64,000 bases of DNA from NCBI RefSeq assembly GCF_001194135.2, contig NC_068984.1, positions 8,413,162 through 8,477,161 of the forward strand, written 5' to 3'. Positions 63,776 to 64,000 of the stretch are shown here, one piece after another; position 1 is the first letter of the stretch, and each line of letters begins with the position of its first letter. The position numbers were made by a program, and so were the translations under genes. Below the pieces are notes generated by a model, which was given only the letters and a program-made list of their open reading frames with translations, made no database searches and was not told where the DNA came from. The stretch comes from Octopus bimaculoides (lineage: Eukaryota).

Positions 63776-64000
63776 AGGAGGCGCAATGGCCCAGTGGCCC
63801 AGTAGTTAAGGCAGAGAACTCGCCGTCGTAGGATCGTGGTTTCGATTCCCAGACCGGGTGTTGCGAGTGTTTATTGAGCGAAAATACCTAAAGCTCCACA
63901 ACGCTCCGGGAGGAGATGGTGGTGAACCCTTCTGTACTCTTTCACCACAACTTACTCTCACTCATTCTTCCTGTTTCTGTTGTACCTGTATTTCGAAGCG
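63776..64000 (+). mobile_element. SINE family C (cut by window end)
   Basis: Matches 32374-32590. Small duplication GGCCCAGT in the A-box. Confidence 0.9.

Overview
This is AT-rich, repeat-saturated eukaryotic intronic or intergenic DNA from a gapped draft assembly, with 19 N-gaps (about 7.5 kb) mostly flanked by (AT)n/(CA)n microsatellites. The SINE and microsatellite content points to an octopus genome (inference). No intact, recognisable protein-coding gene or true tRNA gene is visible, and nearly all long ORFs in the supplied track are gap or microsatellite artefacts. The window holds at least four tRNA-derived SINE families (labelled A-D ad hoc here) and three decayed REL-endonuclease (R4/Dong-like) LINE fragments. 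It also has a CR1/L2-like 3' end and Penelope-like remnants with four differently broken minimal hammerhead ribozymes. DNA-transposon relics include a DD37D (maT) element, an Hsmar1-like MITE with a nested SINE, a Tigger-like MITE and a fold-back MITE carrying telomeric repeats. A few low-complexity minus-strand frames (34405-34959, 43908-44117) could be real exons.
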